A stretch of 64,000 nt of DNA. It comes from Octopus sinensis (Eukaryota). Shown here piece after piece: positions 26,807 through 41,623 of this stretch. Below the pieces are notes generated by a model that made no database searches, was not told the origin of the DNA, and saw nothing but the letters and a program-made list of their open reading frames with translations. The stretch covers positions 10,602,001-10,666,000 of the forward strand of contig NC_043006.1 in the NCBI RefSeq assembly GCF_006345805.1. Direction: 5' to 3'. The first letter of the stretch is position 1. Each line of letters opens with the position of its first letter. The translations under genes and the position numbers were made by a program.

Positions 26807-27315
26807 GTGTGTATATGTATATATATATATATATATGTGTATATATATATATATAATATATGTATATAGCCATGTATATATATATATATATATATGTATA
26901 TAGCCATGTATACATACATATATATGCGTGTGTATGTGTATACAGAGATTTTGGATATATAGATTATGGGAAGTGGAAGAGATAGACAAATTGTACAACT
27001 GCGCATGGGAGGGAGAAAGTCCAATAGCGAAAGTGAAAGTTATATAACATACACTATGTATTGATTGCACCATTCACGACGATTAATGCTGTGGAAGAGT
27101 ATTTCCGACTAACTCGTACAATCATAGTTGCGCCTATACCCTTGCATACGTATATATGGTTTACAGGTGTATTTGAGTTTCTTAGTATATGCGTATATAG
27201 AGATGACACATATATATATATGCACAAAGATACACAAGAACATATGTATGATAGCTGAGTTCAAAATACAATGTAAATCATATGTGCGTGTGTGTATATA
27301 ATTATACATACACAC

Positions 27316-27348
<33 letters not shown>

Positions 27349-27410
27349 AGAGAATGCGAGAGAGATACATACATATATGTATTTGTATATTTACACACAC
27401 ATAAACACAT

Positions 27411-27462
<52 letters not shown>

Positions 27463-28081
27463 CACCTACATATACCTGTTTAATAATATACACATATACA
27501 ATCACATAGTATCACTGACACGTATATATGCGTATGTACAAAAACATATGTACATATATATATATGAATATATATATGGATATATATTTGTACATGTATA
27601 TACATATACATACATATAAACATATACTTTTATACATTTATATATAAATACTTATATTCATATGAAAAATAATAATTTCTTATATATACACACAAAACAC
27701 ACTCAAACACACAACACATGTCTGTGACCAACGACTGTAACCAGTAAAAGAATAAAAGAATAAAAAGCTACAAATGTTAGCTGTGATTGCGACAAAAACT
27801 GAATTCATCTCCAGAAATTATTCTTAAAATAAAGTATATTTTTATAACTTTATATAATTTTTACTGTTTCTTTCCTTATTCTGCACAGACCAGACTTTTA
27901 TGAATTCTGTTATAAATTGTAGTTTGCGAAGTAAAATATATCAGAGATTCATTCTTTCTGCTGAGAAGACAGGAAACTAGAATTGTATTGTACATAATGT
28001 CGAAAATTTTGCTCCAGTTTTTAAATGCTTTCTATTAAAACCTTGTGTTGCAGTTGTCATTGTTCTCGAATTTGTTCGAAG

Positions 28082-28193
28082 TCATATAGGAGAATTTTTA
28101 TATGCCATATCTTGCAAGTCGAGACACCGAGTCACCTGCTCTTTGGCAGAAATGAGATCCTGTTCGTATGAAACCAGCCATAATCGAGCAGGC
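28082..28193 (-). other. Candidate terminal coding exon (unverified)
   Basis: Branch-like aactcac, acceptor atctatttctctag, phase-2 frame PARLWLVSYEQDLISAKEQVTRCLDLQDMAYKNSPI*. Confidence 0.2.
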
Positions 28194-28599
28194 CTAGAGA
28201 AATAGATTTTGAGGTGACCGTGAGTTTTATTCAAACACATTGCATTAAAGGGCTTACTTTGTTCTGTAATTTATTCCCTTTTTAAAGTGATTGAACGTAA
28301 ATTTAGTGGCGTATTTGGTTGCTAGTTTTAGACAGCTATACTGACTCAGAGAAGGTTTATGTTTGTTGTTTTTTCAAGGACATTTTTGCAATATAACGGT
28401 CATGTGATGACAATTGTAAGATGCTGTTGCATCTTTGATCAGCTCTTAGTATTAAGAAGTCATGATCGAAGATATATTCCAACTATGGGCATTCTATTTC
28501 ATGCATCTAGGGTCACATTACCCAATGTGTTCTTCTTTTACGAAAGGAGATATAACATGGTAAAAGATACCAAGTCGAGCAACCACATCGATACTAATG

Positions 28600-28850
28600 A
28601 TAATTAATGATGATTATGAGGAGGATGATGAGGAGGGGTGGAGGAGGACAACGACGACAAACAGGCTGGGTAGAAAGAGAAGAGGGAGAAGGAGAGGGAG
28701 GAGGAGAAAAGGAAGAAGGAGGAGGAGAAAATGAGGATGAGAAGGCGGTGAAGATGGAGGAGATGAAGGTGGACTAGGAGAAACGGAAAGATGAGAAGAG
28801 AAGAAACATAAGGAGGAGGAGAAGGAGGAGGATAGCAATGTAATTAGGAT
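28600..28850. repeat. Purine-rich (GGA/GAA/GAT) low-complexity tract
   Basis: Directly visible. Confidence 0.85.
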
Positions 28851-31094
28851 GATAATGTTTCTGAAGGTAATGTTATTTATATATATTTACATAATGTATA
28901 AATGGAATTGTTATTAGCACTGAATGTCGAGGCTCTCCCAGGAAAACATCTGGACGTCTGAAAAGATCTGGTAGTCCTGTCCCTGTTGGAGTAAAAACAA
29001 GTCTGAAGGCACAGTTTACATTCAGGTTCATCAAATTACCTTCTGGATCCAAGAAGATAATTCTTATTTTGAGACCCAGACCTCTCCGTGACAACAATAT
29101 AATTCTACTCAGCATTGCTTGATAACATTGCGTTAAAAAGGGAATACTGTAACTATTGTTATAGAAGGATATAACTGGAAAACAAAACGAAATAGTATTC
29201 GTAGTTGAAAAATCCAAGGCTACATGCGTGTCTCATCAGAGTTGACTTTCTGCTAAAAAGCAACAAGAAAATTTTTCATAGAATTATTTATAATGGAAAC
29301 TAGCAATATTCTTAGAGAAGTCACTATATAGGTTACAAGCTACAGCGATATCCTCAACAAAGCGGTTATATCCTATATCTGGTATAATAGATGTGTGGGT
29401 TGATCTCGTAGGATGATTAAATTATTCTGGTGTAAGAGTAGATGAACGGAACAATCATTGTAGCAGTTTTTTTAGTAACAGAATAGTCGTGATTAAGCAG
29501 ACATATTAGCAGAGGTGTTCCATACATGACTATCTCTTTTTACTAGGCTTAATGTATCTAAGATCATATTATCTCACATCACCTTCTCAACTGGTTAGAG
29601 AAAGATTTGGTTTGAATATTAGGAAGTCAACGACCACGTTGTTTCGAAATTACAAGTAACATGAGAGGATCGGTTTAATTAGGTGTACTCAAATCTGGCC
29701 AACAAACTGGCAAATTTTTAATTTAGAGAGACATCAATTATTTTTTTTCATTAAATGGAATTTTACTACAAAAAAAGAACATAAAAATTCGCGAATACAT
29801 GACTTCCTAGTGTAAATGCCACAAGAGTATACCACACTTGACATTAAATATAAAGGTGACAACACCGTTCTCAAGTTGCATACTAACACTGACATTCGAC
29901 CTCATATTTCGGCGGAGAGACTATTCATATAAATCGCCTCCAATCCGTAACTAGTACATGTAGTATCCACCCCAGTACGAACTAAAATCGAACAGTCCTC
30001 AGGCTCCGTCGTTCTGGACAGTGACTTATTTAAACATTACAGATGTTTTAGCTGATTGCATTGTAATTGTTCAGACGCTAGGGAAATAATTAAACGAGCA
30101 ACTTATACTCAAATATTTCTATTAGTTATGCTTCAATAAACCTAATCATATAGGTGCTAATATCTTGGCAAATTTTATCTAAAACTAAACGGCTTCCTTT
30201 TTTCTTGTGGGAGAGCAATATTTCCTATTTACACTGTATGAGAGTATCAATATCGCCAGCCAATTTTCATGTTGTAGGGTTCCTGTTACTGTTGATATTC
30301 ATGTAAGTTTTCTATTCCTTTGGTAATGGACAATTCCTAATGATAAACGTGTTTGTGTTTGATTTAATGTTCGGTAAAGATTAACTACTTCATTGACACG
30401 CTTCGCTATCACACCTTATTTCATCTCCGCGGCCATAAGAGAGTTCTGAAAACATGGTTCGTTTCAGTAGGTCTCAATGCTGTAAGATTAAATTATGCGG
30501 AAGTTGACCGCAACCTGACACCTTCATAACAGCAATAATTCCGACACCTTTCAGAATTGCATGCCATGTAAAATTTCGCTTTATGCATGGGGATTACACT
30601 CATATAAAATAACAAGCGAAGAGATTTAAAAGGATATATTGGAATTTTTCAATTATAAGTTACTGTCATGTGTCACAACGAAACATCTGTAATAATCATT
30701 GAATTACTTGCATATATCAGTTAATGCTATAATAATGGTATTGATTTCTCTTGGTTATTTTACGCTTCTAACTATTGGGAAGATGTAACCAGAGGAAACA
30801 CTATTATTCCGTCCCAAATAGCATTAAGAATTGATTATGAAGGATCCAAGATTTATTTTCTAATGGAAACTGAGTTGCTAATTTGATCCAATTGGGGTTG
30901 TATACTTGACTGGATATTTCAGGTGTTTTAGGAATATGTCTCGGCATTCGATCTCGTTCTGTGGAACAGTTGGGCATGGACAGTCTATCATATCTCCAGA
31001 GGCCCATATACTGTGACTATAATTTGTCAGACAAACTGTTTGGATGTCTTTTATGAACAAATACGTGTGTATTTGTACATGCGCGAGTGCGTGC

Positions 31095-31138
<44 letters not shown>

Positions 31139-32039
31139 ATATATATATACACACACACCCATATATATATCTATATAAATACACACACACACATATACAT
31201 ATGTATATATGTACATATACATACAAACATTAGTTTGTGCATCTGCGTGTATATGTGTGTGTATTTGTATTCATACATGTCTATCTTATACATATGTATA
31301 TGCATATACAGAGGCGAGCTCTGGGTGTGCTGAGGTATGCATGTACGTATAGATAATACATATATGCATACTTTAATACGTGGGTGTATATGTAATATAT
31401 TCAAATCTATATATACACATATACAATTATTCTACATTTTATTTACCACTTTTTTATTTTCACTTTCCGTCCGCCCTGACTTCCTGTATCTCTTTGTCTT
31501 TTCGACTATTCCAAAGCCTAAATCTATCTGCAATAATTAATAATAAAAGTCAAATTTTTTAAGCTTTTGATCATTGAACCAAAACTAATATCAGTTTACA
31601 GCAGTAACATTGCTTTAAAGATCATATTAATTTTTCATGTCATCCTACGTATTAATAGGAGACAGTCTCAACCAAAATACTTAAACACACATGTTAATAA
31701 CGGATTCGTATATAGTCCATATATATAAATTAAAGTCAATAGTTACATCTAACATTGCCAAAAACACATCTAATATCTCAATAACCGTATAAACATGATA
31801 AATCCAACAGTTGTGACAGCGAAGAATTATCTTAACTAAATCTATCCCCACCAATCAACTCCTATTGGCTCCTAATTCAGACTTCCCCATATAAATAAAT
31901 AAATATATATAGATATATATATATATCCTGTGACAAGAGAATTTCTACTGTATGGTGACATTAGGTAGCCAATAGCTATCGAAGAGCTTTGTATAGCATA
32001 TCACAAAGTTTTTACCCCCATGTTATTCAACTATATATG

Positions 32040-32084
32040 TGTGTGCATGAGAATGTGTGTTGTGTGCGTGTGTGTGTGTTTGTT

Positions 32085-32166
<82 letters not shown>
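32040..32166. repeat. (GT)n microsatellite
   Basis: Directly visible. Confidence 0.95.
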
Positions 32167-32168
<2 letters not shown>

Positions 32169-33000
32169 AAGTGAACCAATTTTTAAATTCCCGAGCCGTA
32201 AGCATTATACCAACTAGCTGATTATAATTACTCTGCAGAATAAAAAGTAACAGAAAGTTTACAAATCGGCAACTAAATACAATCTTAGACATTAAACGCT
32301 CTCTCTAATTTGAACTTAAAAGCATCATACTTTGAAAATGTTATTTCCTTTAGAGCCTTTCCTGGAATTCCCCAAAATATAAAACAGTCTTGATAGTGAC
32401 CATTTTAAAAGTTCGATAATATCCCGTTAAGTAAGTGGCTGTACTCTACCAACATTTGTGTTTCATCAATAATCATTTGAAGGACCTGAAAACACTTGTT
32501 CACCATACTTACATATTCCATTGTATTCCCGCCTATTATTTATGATAAATATTTGAGTTTGCACTTCATCAAAAATTTAACTTTTAAATCTTTAGAACAT
32601 TCGTTGAATTTGGTTATCTATTCATATTTTAGAATTTTATTCCCAAGTAGCTTTCATTTTTTTTTCTTTTTCAACACACAAGATTCGAAATTTTAAAAGA
32701 ATATACATTTACCATGATATTTTCTCTTGATTATATTTCGAAATCCCTAGAATTTCTTTATCCAGTCGTATTTGAGAGTTTTAACTCAGAACTTGTTCAA
32801 ATTAAATTTGCTATTTTCCAAAAAGCGGGATTCTTCCAAGAAATACTTTTAAAGATTCCTTAATATTTCAATTACGTGAAAGTATTTTTTCTTATTTCCT
32901 ATTTTACCTTCTCTATGTTATTATTAATCTGAGTGTGTGAGAGAGAGTGTGTGTGTGTGTGAGTGTGTGTGTATCAATATATACGTGTGGGGGTTCGTAT

Positions 33001-33056
<56 letters not shown>

Positions 33057-33749
33057 AAGAGGGAGAGACAGAGAGACAGAGAGACAGACAGTCAGATAGA
33101 TACTTAGATAGATTATGGCGGTATATGTATTGAAGGTGGCACTTAAGAATACTGAGTTCTTACAACTTAAAGTTTAAGAGAAACAGTAAATAACAAGTAT
33201 AAAGGGAAAATGAAAAAGGAAAAGAAAAGGAAAACTAAAACAAAGAAAAGGGGAAAGAGAAATGCAGAAATAAAAAGGAATGTGAAAAATGGTACGTAGA
33301 ATTTCCTTCTCTAGTGTTATGCCAAAGGTTTATACAAGTTACGAGAAAGCGTAAATACAAATAAGAAAGTGTGAAATGGCATTTCTATTGAGATGTGCGA
33401 AAGCTAATAATAAAGCGCTAGCTTTATGATTATTCAATTAACTGCCTGAATGAAGGGTGCAAGAATTTTTATACGGAAAGTGGATGTTACGCACAATCTT
33501 CACACATACAAACACACACAATTACACACTCACAAAAACACACGCATACACACACACACACACACACCCACGGGCAGTTAGATAAATTTATGCATATGTA
33601 TAACGTAGATACATATATATATCTGATGCATATATATTTACTTATATACTAATACATATTTGCATATATATATATATATATATATACATATATATACACA
33701 TACATAGATATAAATATATATATATACATACATATATATTACATATATA

Positions 33750-33868
33750 TCACGTGATCACGTGACCGACCAGACCATCAGATGTTGTTACACATCGCTG
33801 GTCACAATGCGTTCGCATTGTTTTAGCCTTTGAATGACGCCACCCCGCTGGCTAAGCGAGCAGGCCAT
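33750..33868 (-). mobile_element. Short 5'-truncated LINE 3' end (RTE-like by recollection) inside a (TA)n tract
   Basis: GC-rich 120-bp island in TA repeats; minus strand ends ...ggtctggtcggtcacgtgatcacgtgat with a short tandem tail; family assignment is from memory. Confidence 0.5.
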
Positions 33869-34105
33869 ATATATATATATATATGTATATGTATATATAT
33901 GTATATATATATATATATATATACATATATATACATATACATATATATATACATAATATATACAGATATATATATATATATATTATACATATATATACAT
34001 ATATATATTATACATACATATATACATACATATACATATATATAATACATATATATATATATATATATATATAATATACATATATATATACATATATATA
34101 TATGC

Positions 34106-34164
<59 letters not shown>

Positions 34165-35184
34165 GATATATATATATATATTATATATATATATATTTGC
34201 TTACGTTAAATGTTATTCGCTACTAGGCTATGTAGCATCTACAATTCGGTACCATTCATAACGATTGTTAACAATTCTATTAGATTTCCACGCCATTTAC
34301 TCAATGCATGATAAGCGTCCATGCATTTATTCATCCACGGCTACAAACATGAGTAAGCGAATTCTCCCGCGCATTCACATTTTCACGCCGGCCTACGCAA
34401 TCATATTCACAGCTGTAGAAGGTGCGTATTTGATTAATAATCCGCTCTATCTTCCTGCATGGTACAGGAAGTAAATACTTTATAAGGAGAGTCCTTAGTT
34501 GACAGGGTTATTTGCTGAATTTGTTCACAATGAGACAATATTATAGCCGGTGGTTAAAATGCAAATTTATATAGGTCAGGCTTATTGTGTTCTATCTTTC
34601 ATTATTGGATATCTTCTACGCTGTAGAGTAAAATATCACAAATCTCCAACCAGTATATAATTAGAAGCGACAGAACAGATTTATTATATCAAGATGTTTT
34701 CTCTTGAGTGAACAAAGGCAGTAATGATCTCATCGAAGCGGTAATAGTGTTGAGATTTTGGGAGGTTCTAAGCGTTGGTTTTTCACATTTTGGTCATATA
34801 CAGGCGCCCCGGGATCGATTTATTTGATACTGGTTATGCATTCTTGAAACAGTTTCAGGTCAACAACTGCTGGGAACAAATTAACTCTAAGGTTATAGAA
34901 GTTCTGGGGCAAAAGAAGGAGTCAGAATGACTAGTATCATGTTGAAGGGCTTATGCGTACGATGAAGGGCGGAAATGGAAACACAAGTGGGTTGGAGGAT
35001 ATTTAAGTGGCTATGGTATGTAATAAAATCACCTCCATAACAATTTTCCAAGTGACCTTTCTGTAGACGCAGTCCAAGTTATGTGCACGTAGTAGCAGCA
35101 TCGTCCCAGATATGGACCAAATCTTCTATTATGACCATCATTTGTGCTTTGTAAAGTATTAATAGCTGTTAGTGGTGGGAATAC

Positions 35185-35567
35185 TCTTTTATTTGTTTCA
35201 ATCATTTGACTGCGGCCATGCTGGAACACCGCTTTTTGTCGAGGAAATCGACCACAGGACTTATTCTTTGTAAGCCTAGTACTTACTCTATCGGTCTCTT
35301 TTGCCTAACCGCTTGGTTACGGGTACGTAAACACACCAGCGTCGGTTGTCAAGCGATGTTGGGGGGACAAGCAGACATACAAACACATACACATATATAC
35401 ATATACACGACGGGCTTCTTTCAGTTTCCGTCTACCAAATCCACTTACAAGGCTTTGGTCGGCCCGAGGCTATAGCAGAAGACACTTAGCCAAGGTACCA
35501 CGCAGTGGGACTGAACCCGGACTCATGTAGTTGGTCACCAAGCTATTTACCACACAGCCTCTCCTGC
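35185..35567 (-). mobile_element. SINE family B
   Basis: tcttttatttgtttcaatcatttgactgcggccatgctgg...accacacagcctctcctgcg. Confidence 0.9.
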
Positions 35568-36587
35568 GTTACGTTTATGAATTTGATTTGCAAGATTCTT
35601 GATGTGAAATCGTGTATTGAAGTAAATATTGTTTCATTTCGGGATGGTAATCGTTTTTTGTGAGGTAAACACGTACACTAAATTTTCGTTTTTCACTCGT
35701 TTACTATTGTTCTTATCTTATGTCCAGTGTATCCCTAAACAGAGAATCGACTAAACAGAACAGGAGGAGACACGTAGGATGGAAAAGTCACTGAAGGGGT
35801 CACAGATGTGTGATGAAAGATTTCTAGGTAAAGACCATAAGGTAAAATAAGAAGAATAACAAAAGAGCGAAGAACGAATATATAGTGCGTAATGTTTATT
35901 TTGCAGGAAAAATTATGACCATCCCGAAATGTAACAAAATAGTGGGAAGATTTTTCACAAATGAAGATAATTAGACAGCTTTTGTTATGCAGTCCGATGT
36001 ATTGAACTGACGTACATGTATCACAAAGGATGTTGGTTGATAACGAGTTCCAACATTTGTAGCTAAATTTCAGAGCTCTGGGTGAGTGTCATATGTACTG
36101 AGTGGAGGTGTGAGGTGCGATGATGTTTTTTGTGATATGAGTAATAATTTCATGTTCATGGAAGCTAAGATGCTCCTAGATGCGTTGCCAGTAATATACT
36201 TAATAATTTAATAACTTAAGTTAACACGACCATAGTTTGTACGTAAAGGGCTTCTTTCTGAAATTTGAGACAGTCACTACCTCCTTGTAACGAAGCTCAT
36301 GGGGAAATCTAAATCGTCTAGTATTCTAAGGTGAACTGGTCTGATTATTCTATTGACTTTTTTTACGAATAATTTTTATTTCACACCCGTTTCTGTTGTA
36401 TATAATTTCCCGTCTACTGTCACTATATAATTCTATATTAACTTCCTCTGCTGCGTTATTTTGCATGTTAAGAATATAAAGATCGGAAAGGTTTACAGTT
36501 TCATCAACATCTTTACTCAGCCAGTGGAAATTTTCTTGAAATACCGGATTGGTATTTTCTTGAAATTTTCTTGAAATTTTCTTGAAA

Positions 36588-36820
36588 GGCGGTGAGCTGG
36601 CAGAAACGTTAGCGCGCCGGGCGAAATGCTTAGCCGTATTTCGTCTGTCGTTACGTTGTGAGTTCAAATTCCGCCGAGGTCAACTTTGCCTTTCATCCTT
36701 TCGGGTTCGATAAATTAAGTACCAGTTACGCACTGGGGTCGATGTAATCGACTTAATACCTATGTCTGTCCTTGTTTGTCCCCTCTAAGTTTAGCCCCTT
36801 GTGGGTAATAAAGAAATAGG
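36588..36820 (+). mobile_element. SINE family A, full length with 14-bp TSD
   Basis: TSD aaattttcttgaaa at 36574-36587 and 36821-36834. Confidence 0.95.
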
Positions 36821-37754
36821 AAATTTTCTTGAAATAACAGCGTTGTTTTGACGTTTATAATCATATAAATTTCGTGGAGCGCAGAATATTTCAATGGTTA
36901 TCGAACGAGGCAATGACTTTTTATATAGTTACTCGACAGCTTACAAACGGCAGTCAATTTCCCTTAAGCAGCCCTCCATAAAAAAAGCAGCTAAACACAT
37001 GAAAAATAATTTAAATAATTTAAATCGTAGATTTCCCTGAAATCATAGGATGGTTACTTCTGAAAGCATTTTGAACATAGATCTATGTGATTGCTGTGAT
37101 TCTGCTCCTAAACAACATCAAAAGCAACAATGGTTATTTTACATTACAAGTAGCATTACTCGCAATATTAGTATATCTTAATATCAAATGATCAAAAACC
37201 ATTTTAACATTTTTATGAAGTTCTTTTAGATATTCTAAAATATTAAAATGATTTCTGTGATGTCACAAATATTGTTACGATCTATACACAGTAATGCAGG
37301 GTTGACATTTGTATTATAAAGCGATGGCGGTCATTAATTTTTTTGTGTTTTTTTACTTTAATGTTGATTCAGAATTTAATATATCATTTCTATGCATTTG
37401 CTCTGGTTCCTACCGCACATTAAACGAAACACTCTGCATATTTGAAATTATCTTCTGCTTCTTCTTTTCTCATAATATTTATTTTGTTGCACCCTTCGTT
37501 TGAACTTCCACAATCTCACTTCATTATTGGTCAGCTGTAAATATAGGTATGTACGTGTCAATTAAAGGAATTCACAATTCTGAAATTATTTGCTTTTTGA
37601 TTGTCAGTGATTATGTGAAACAAGGAGGAAAAAAAAAAATAATAATAAATTAGGTGAATTTATTTGCAACTCAAATTCAAACCGATATCTCTCCCTCACA
37701 GCCAATCAGATTCATAATACAGACAAGCACTCACACGCACAGATATATACACAG

Positions 37755-37780
37755 AGATAGATAGATAGATAGATAGATAG

Positions 37781-37843
<63 letters not shown>

Positions 37844-37845
37844 GC
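37755..37845. repeat. (GATA)n microsatellite with no insertion
   Basis: Directly visible. Confidence 0.95.
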
Positions 37846-38024
37846 AAGACAGAGAGACAGAAGGTTAGAGATATTTACACACATTCATTATATTTATTCT
37901 CACACATGTACCCATGTCTGTAAAAGAATATACATACATATATATATATATATACATATGTATGTATACATACATATATATTTACATCTACACATACATG
38001 TATATATGTATACATACATATATA

Positions 38025-38057
<33 letters not shown>

Positions 38058-38501
38058 TTACATTCGTATGTTAACATATATATATATATACATAATATAA
38101 ACACATATACATACACACACACACACATACATATATATACATATATACAAACAGAGACGCACACACATATTTATACATATATTTAAATGCATAAATAAAT
38201 ATAAATGCGTATCTTTATGTATGAAGGTATAATTTCTGTGTATGTGGGTGTATATACGAACACATTTTTTCTTATCTTTTCACGCGTTCTCTATCGGTTT
38301 CAAAAGACAAATCTAAAAAAAATATGCATAAATGCCGTATCATATTATTTGTTACTCCTCTTTTTCCTTTATTTGTCTAGTTTTTTGCGTATGAAAATGA
38401 AAACCAATTCGATATTTCTTGGTCGCAAATATATTATTATCTAGAAAGTAAAATTTATAGAAATAAAAATCGTTTCATTTTAACAAAAACGTTTTTAGTT
38501 T

Positions 38502-38561
<60 letters not shown>

Positions 38562-39385
38562 ATATATATATATATATATATGAATATGTATATGTATGTA
38601 CATATATATATGTATGTATGTCTATGTGTGTGTCTGTATGTGAGTACATAAAAAAACGTTAAGTGAAAACCTTTACTTTATAAAATTCCTGTAAGGTTAA
38701 AAAAAATACCAATCATAAATTAATTTTACAAATCGATATATTCAGAATTGTGGAGTAGGCGTTAAGTGTGGATGTATAGAAATACTACTTTTTTATATTA
38801 TTTTCTTTTACAAATCACCTTTAACAGTTCTAAAACAACCTTGTTTTGGTCTAGTTTAATTTTTGCAGTCGTAAGCTAATCAGTTATAACAATAGAGCCT
38901 ATATAAGGATGTTCACATGCAATGCATTCTACTTCTCTAATCCCGCATAATCTACGCATATTTCATTTAACATATAATAATAGATATCAAATTGGTTGTC
39001 ATTTTAATTATTTTTCTTTATCGATAAATGTTTAGAAAGTCTGAAATACTTACATATGCAAAATTCTTTACCATGGTAACTAGCAATGGTTTATTAGAGA
39101 AATGTTATTCATTATAGCATTATTATATTCACATACTCTCACACACATACACCCACATACTCCTACACTCATACGCAAAATAATGTATATTTTTACTTGT
39201 TGGATCAGGCGGAGATTAAAGCATAGACAGATAAAGTGAAAGAGAGAGAGATAAATGTATAAGGTGATACAGGAATATAAAATCGCTATGAAAAATAAAT
39301 GGTAATAAATATAGAAATTGGCTTTATAATTTCTGACAGTGTTGCTCTGATAATGTTTTTCACTTGCATACAAATTCGACTATAT

Positions 39386-39551
39386 GAAACAGCATTATGA
39401 ATCACCGCATTAATATCGGTTTCAAATATAGGTATAAGGACCACAAGTTCGGTCTTGTATAAAAATTTGAAGCAGCATTATGAATCACCGCATTAATATC
39501 GGTCTAAAATTTTGTTACAAGATCCGCAAGTTCGGTTTCGTACCTAAACTT
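39386..39551 (+). repeat. ~82-bp tandem duplication
   Basis: tgaa(a/g)cagcattatgaatcaccgcattaatatcggt...caagttcggt occurs twice. Confidence 0.85.
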
Positions 39552-39603
39552 GAAACAAATATTAATAATGTCAAGTAAAGCGCCCATCTGGCAGAATTGT
39601 TAC

Positions 39604-39836
39604 CTATTTCTTTATTACCCACAAGGGGCTAAACACAGAGGGGACAAACAAGGACAGACATAGGTATTAAGTCGATTACATCGACCCCAGTGCGTAACTG
39701 GTACTTAATTTATCGACCCCGAAAGGATGAAAGGCAAAGTCGACCTCGGCGGAATTTGAACTCAGAACGTAACGGCAGACGAAATACGGCAACGTATTTC
39801 GCCCGGCGTGCTAACGTTTCTGCCAACTCGCCGCCT
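39604..39836 (-). mobile_element. SINE family A with 17-bp TSD, inserted in the head of an older family A copy
   Basis: TSD tctggcagaattgttac at 39587-39603 and 39837-39853; the older + copy continues to about 39960 (ctgagttcgaatgcc...tcatcctttcgggttcgat). Confidence 0.9.
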
Positions 39837-40304
39837 TCTGGCAGAATTGTTACTGTGTAGGTCAAAATATTTTAGCGGCATTGCTTCCAACTTTACGTTC
39901 TGAGTTCGAATGCCGTCGGGATCAACATTGTCTTTCATCCTTTCGGGTTCGATTTAGCTGGCCTTGTACTCAAATTGCAAACAAGTATTTTAATGTAAAA
40001 TAATGAAAGTGTTTGAAACTTGAGATAATCCGATTGCTCCGCCATAAATGAGTACAACTAATGGCTGGGATCGTAATAGAACAAGTTAGAGCCTGGTGAG
40101 AAACATTCATTTATTCTCAGTGATTTAAACAACGGTGTACTGTGACTCATACAATATGAGTTTCAAGGAATTATTCAGTGAAAGTATCATGGAATGTGTT
40201 CTCAGTCAGTAAAACATTGATCTCTAGTAACTGTAACTCAAGAATCTAAGGAACAATGAAATAGGCATAAATTCAAGGAAAGGCATTTTCTGAAAACATA
40301 TACT

Positions 40305-40702
40305 CTCTTTTACTTGTTTCAGTCATTTGACTGCGGCCATGCTGGAGCACCACCTTTAGTCGAGCAAATCGACCCCGGGACTTATTCTTTGTAAGCCCAG
40401 TACTTATTCTATCGGTCTCTTTTGCCGAACCGCTAAGTGACGGGGACGTAAACACACCAGCATCGGTTGTCAAGCAATGCTAGGGGGACAAACACAGACA
40501 CACAAACATATACACACACACTTATATATATATATACATATATACGACAGGCTTCTTTCAGTTTCCGTCTACCAAATCCACTCACAAGGCATTGGTCAGT
40601 CCGGGGCTATAGCAGAAGACACTTGCCCAAGATGCCACGCAGTGGGACTGAACCCGGAACCATGTGGTTGGTTAGTAAGCTACTTACCACACAGCCACTC
40701 CT
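40305..40702 (-). mobile_element. SINE family B, young full-length copy
   Basis: Nearly identical to 5255-5672. Confidence 0.9.
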
Positions 40703-41134
40703 ATCTGTATAAATAAAAAGTGTTGCATTTACTGGTAGTGTCATAGTATAGGGTTTCTTGTGCCACATATTTTACACAAATATATGAATTATGAAAAATG
40801 TTGTCAGGTCTACATTCGTGTAATTAATGTATCTCTTCGTATCTCCTCTCTTATTATCTTCTATCATGTATTTGTTTTAGTCATTGGACTGTAGCCATGC
40901 CGAAGCACAGTCTTAAAGAAATTTAGTCGAAAAAATATCTACCCAGTAGTTACTTGTTAAATCTGATATTTATGTTTTAGGTCATTTTTACCGAACATCT
41001 AATGTATGGAGATATAAACAAACTAAACCTGATTAACAAGCGATGTGGAATGAGGACAAGCGCAGATACAAAGACACACGCACACATACACAGATAGGCA
41101 GCTAGATAGATAGGTAGGTAGGTAGGTAGGTAGG

Positions 41135-41186
<52 letters not shown>

Positions 41187-41201
41187 AAAATAGATAGATA
41201 A

Positions 41202-41503
41202 GTTTCTTTATTGGCCACACAGGGCTGCACACAGATGGGACAAGTTACAAGGTAGAGCTTTTCTTTTGGGGGATGAAAGAAAGGGGGTGGCGTAGGTTTC
41301 CGATCAAGAGGGATCGTAAAAGTGAAGAAAACAAAAAAAAAAAGAAAAAGAAAAAATGAAAAAATAAATAGAATAAAAAATAAAAAGAATAAAAGAAAAA
41401 AAAGAAAGGGAAAAGGAACAAAAGAAAAGAGAAATGAAAAAAGAAGAAAAAGGGGAAAAAAAGGGGAAGAGGAAAAAGAAAAAGAACGATCAATAGGGAT
41501 CGT
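41202..41503 (-). mobile_element. Tx1-like LINE copy U1 (3' UTR only)
   Basis: Minus strand ends gtggccaataaagaaac+(tcta)n; 5'-truncated at acgatccctattgatcg. Confidence 0.85.
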
Positions 41504-41531
41504 GTAGATAGATAGGTAGGTAGATAAATAA

Positions 41532-41622
<91 letters not shown>

Positions 41623-41623
41623 T

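Noticed and set aside
28950-29700. Possible CR1-like LINE remnant (RERFGLNIRK-like words near 29600)
   Set aside because: A single short motif; the surrounding frames gave no consistent RT signature
30800-31020. GC-richer patch open in several frames on both strands
   Set aside because: No frame could be preferred and no protein family was recognised
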